Source: Balanoglossus misakiensis
Lineage: Eukaryota; Animalia; Hemichordata
Reading direction: 5' to 3'
DNA: 64,000 nt
NCBI GenBank assembly: GCA_040954595.2
Contig: CM082584.2
Location: 13,828,896 to 13,892,895 of the forward strand
In this document: piece after piece, positions 63,801 through 64,000 of the stretch
How positions within the stretch are numbered: the stretch's first letter is position 1
Layout of the letters: the number at the start of each line of letters is the position of its first letter
The notes under the pieces: model-generated
What the model was told of the DNA's origin: nothing
The model's input: the letters and a program-made list of their open reading frames with translations, nothing else
Database searches by the model: none
Translations under genes and position numbers: made by a program

Positions 63801-64000
63801 TACCCAACCCCTTCTTCGACCGCCAGGTTACCACCGGGAGCTGGAGGGCAAACCTGATACCCAACCCCTTCTTCGACCGCCAGGTTACCACCGGGAGCTG
63901 GAGGGCAAACCTGATACCCAACCCCTTCTTCGACCGCCAGGTTACCACCGGGAGCTGGAGGGCAAACCTGATACCCAACCCCTTCTTCGACCGCCAGGTT
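51853..64000 (+). repeat. Highly homogeneous 57/58-bp GC-rich satellite, about 210 units, continuing past the window end
   Basis: Consensus GACCGCCA(C/G)GTTACCACCGG(A/G)AG(T/C)TGGAGGGCAAACCTGATACCCAACCCCTTCTTC, with sequence variants arranged in contiguous blocks. Confidence 0.98.

Noticed and set aside
51634-63978. Long ORFs on both strands (up to 697 aa) in the 57-bp array
   Set aside because: The 57-bp period is a multiple of 3, so several frames on both strands stay open together. Frames break wherever 58-bp units occur, and there is no synonymous-type variation or unique domain.
53490-64000. CENP-B box-like half-sites (CTTCG and CGGGA) in the satellite monomer
   Set aside because: The half-sites are 16 nt apart, not the 7 nt required by TTCG-NNNN-A-NN-CGGG.
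51853-64000. CRISPR-like array
   Set aside because: Units are head-to-tail with no unique spacers, the context is eukaryotic, and there are no cas genes.

Overview
Eukaryotic, intron-rich DNA, probably from an invertebrate deuterostome (inferred from gene structure). The left half (1-32 kb) holds three + strand spliced genes: the 3' end of a LAP-family Erbin/Densin-180 (ERBIN/LRRC7)-like gene ending in its PDZ domain, a complete Disabled (Dab) PTB adaptor gene of about 942-950 aa, and a complete 9-exon calreticulin gene with HDEL and a perfect ERSE in its promoter. Introns contain several small non-autonomous DNA transposons: TAG...CTA hairpin/foldback elements with 9-bp TSDs, and TTAA-flanked Kolobok- and piggyBac-like MITEs. 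The right half (35-64 kb) is repeat DNA. A module of about 1 kb occurs twice (35.1-36.3 kb and 50.8-51.6 kb) around a 13.8-kb composite satellite of ~281-bp and 114-bp units. It also contains inverted (TACA)n/(TATG)n arms, a short (CCCTAA)n tract, a 46-bp minisatellite, and a 57/58-bp GC-rich satellite of over 12 kb that runs off the window and appears derived from the 46-mer. The long ORFs in the right half are repeat artefacts. All exon and repeat coordinates were read by eye, and no database searches were run.
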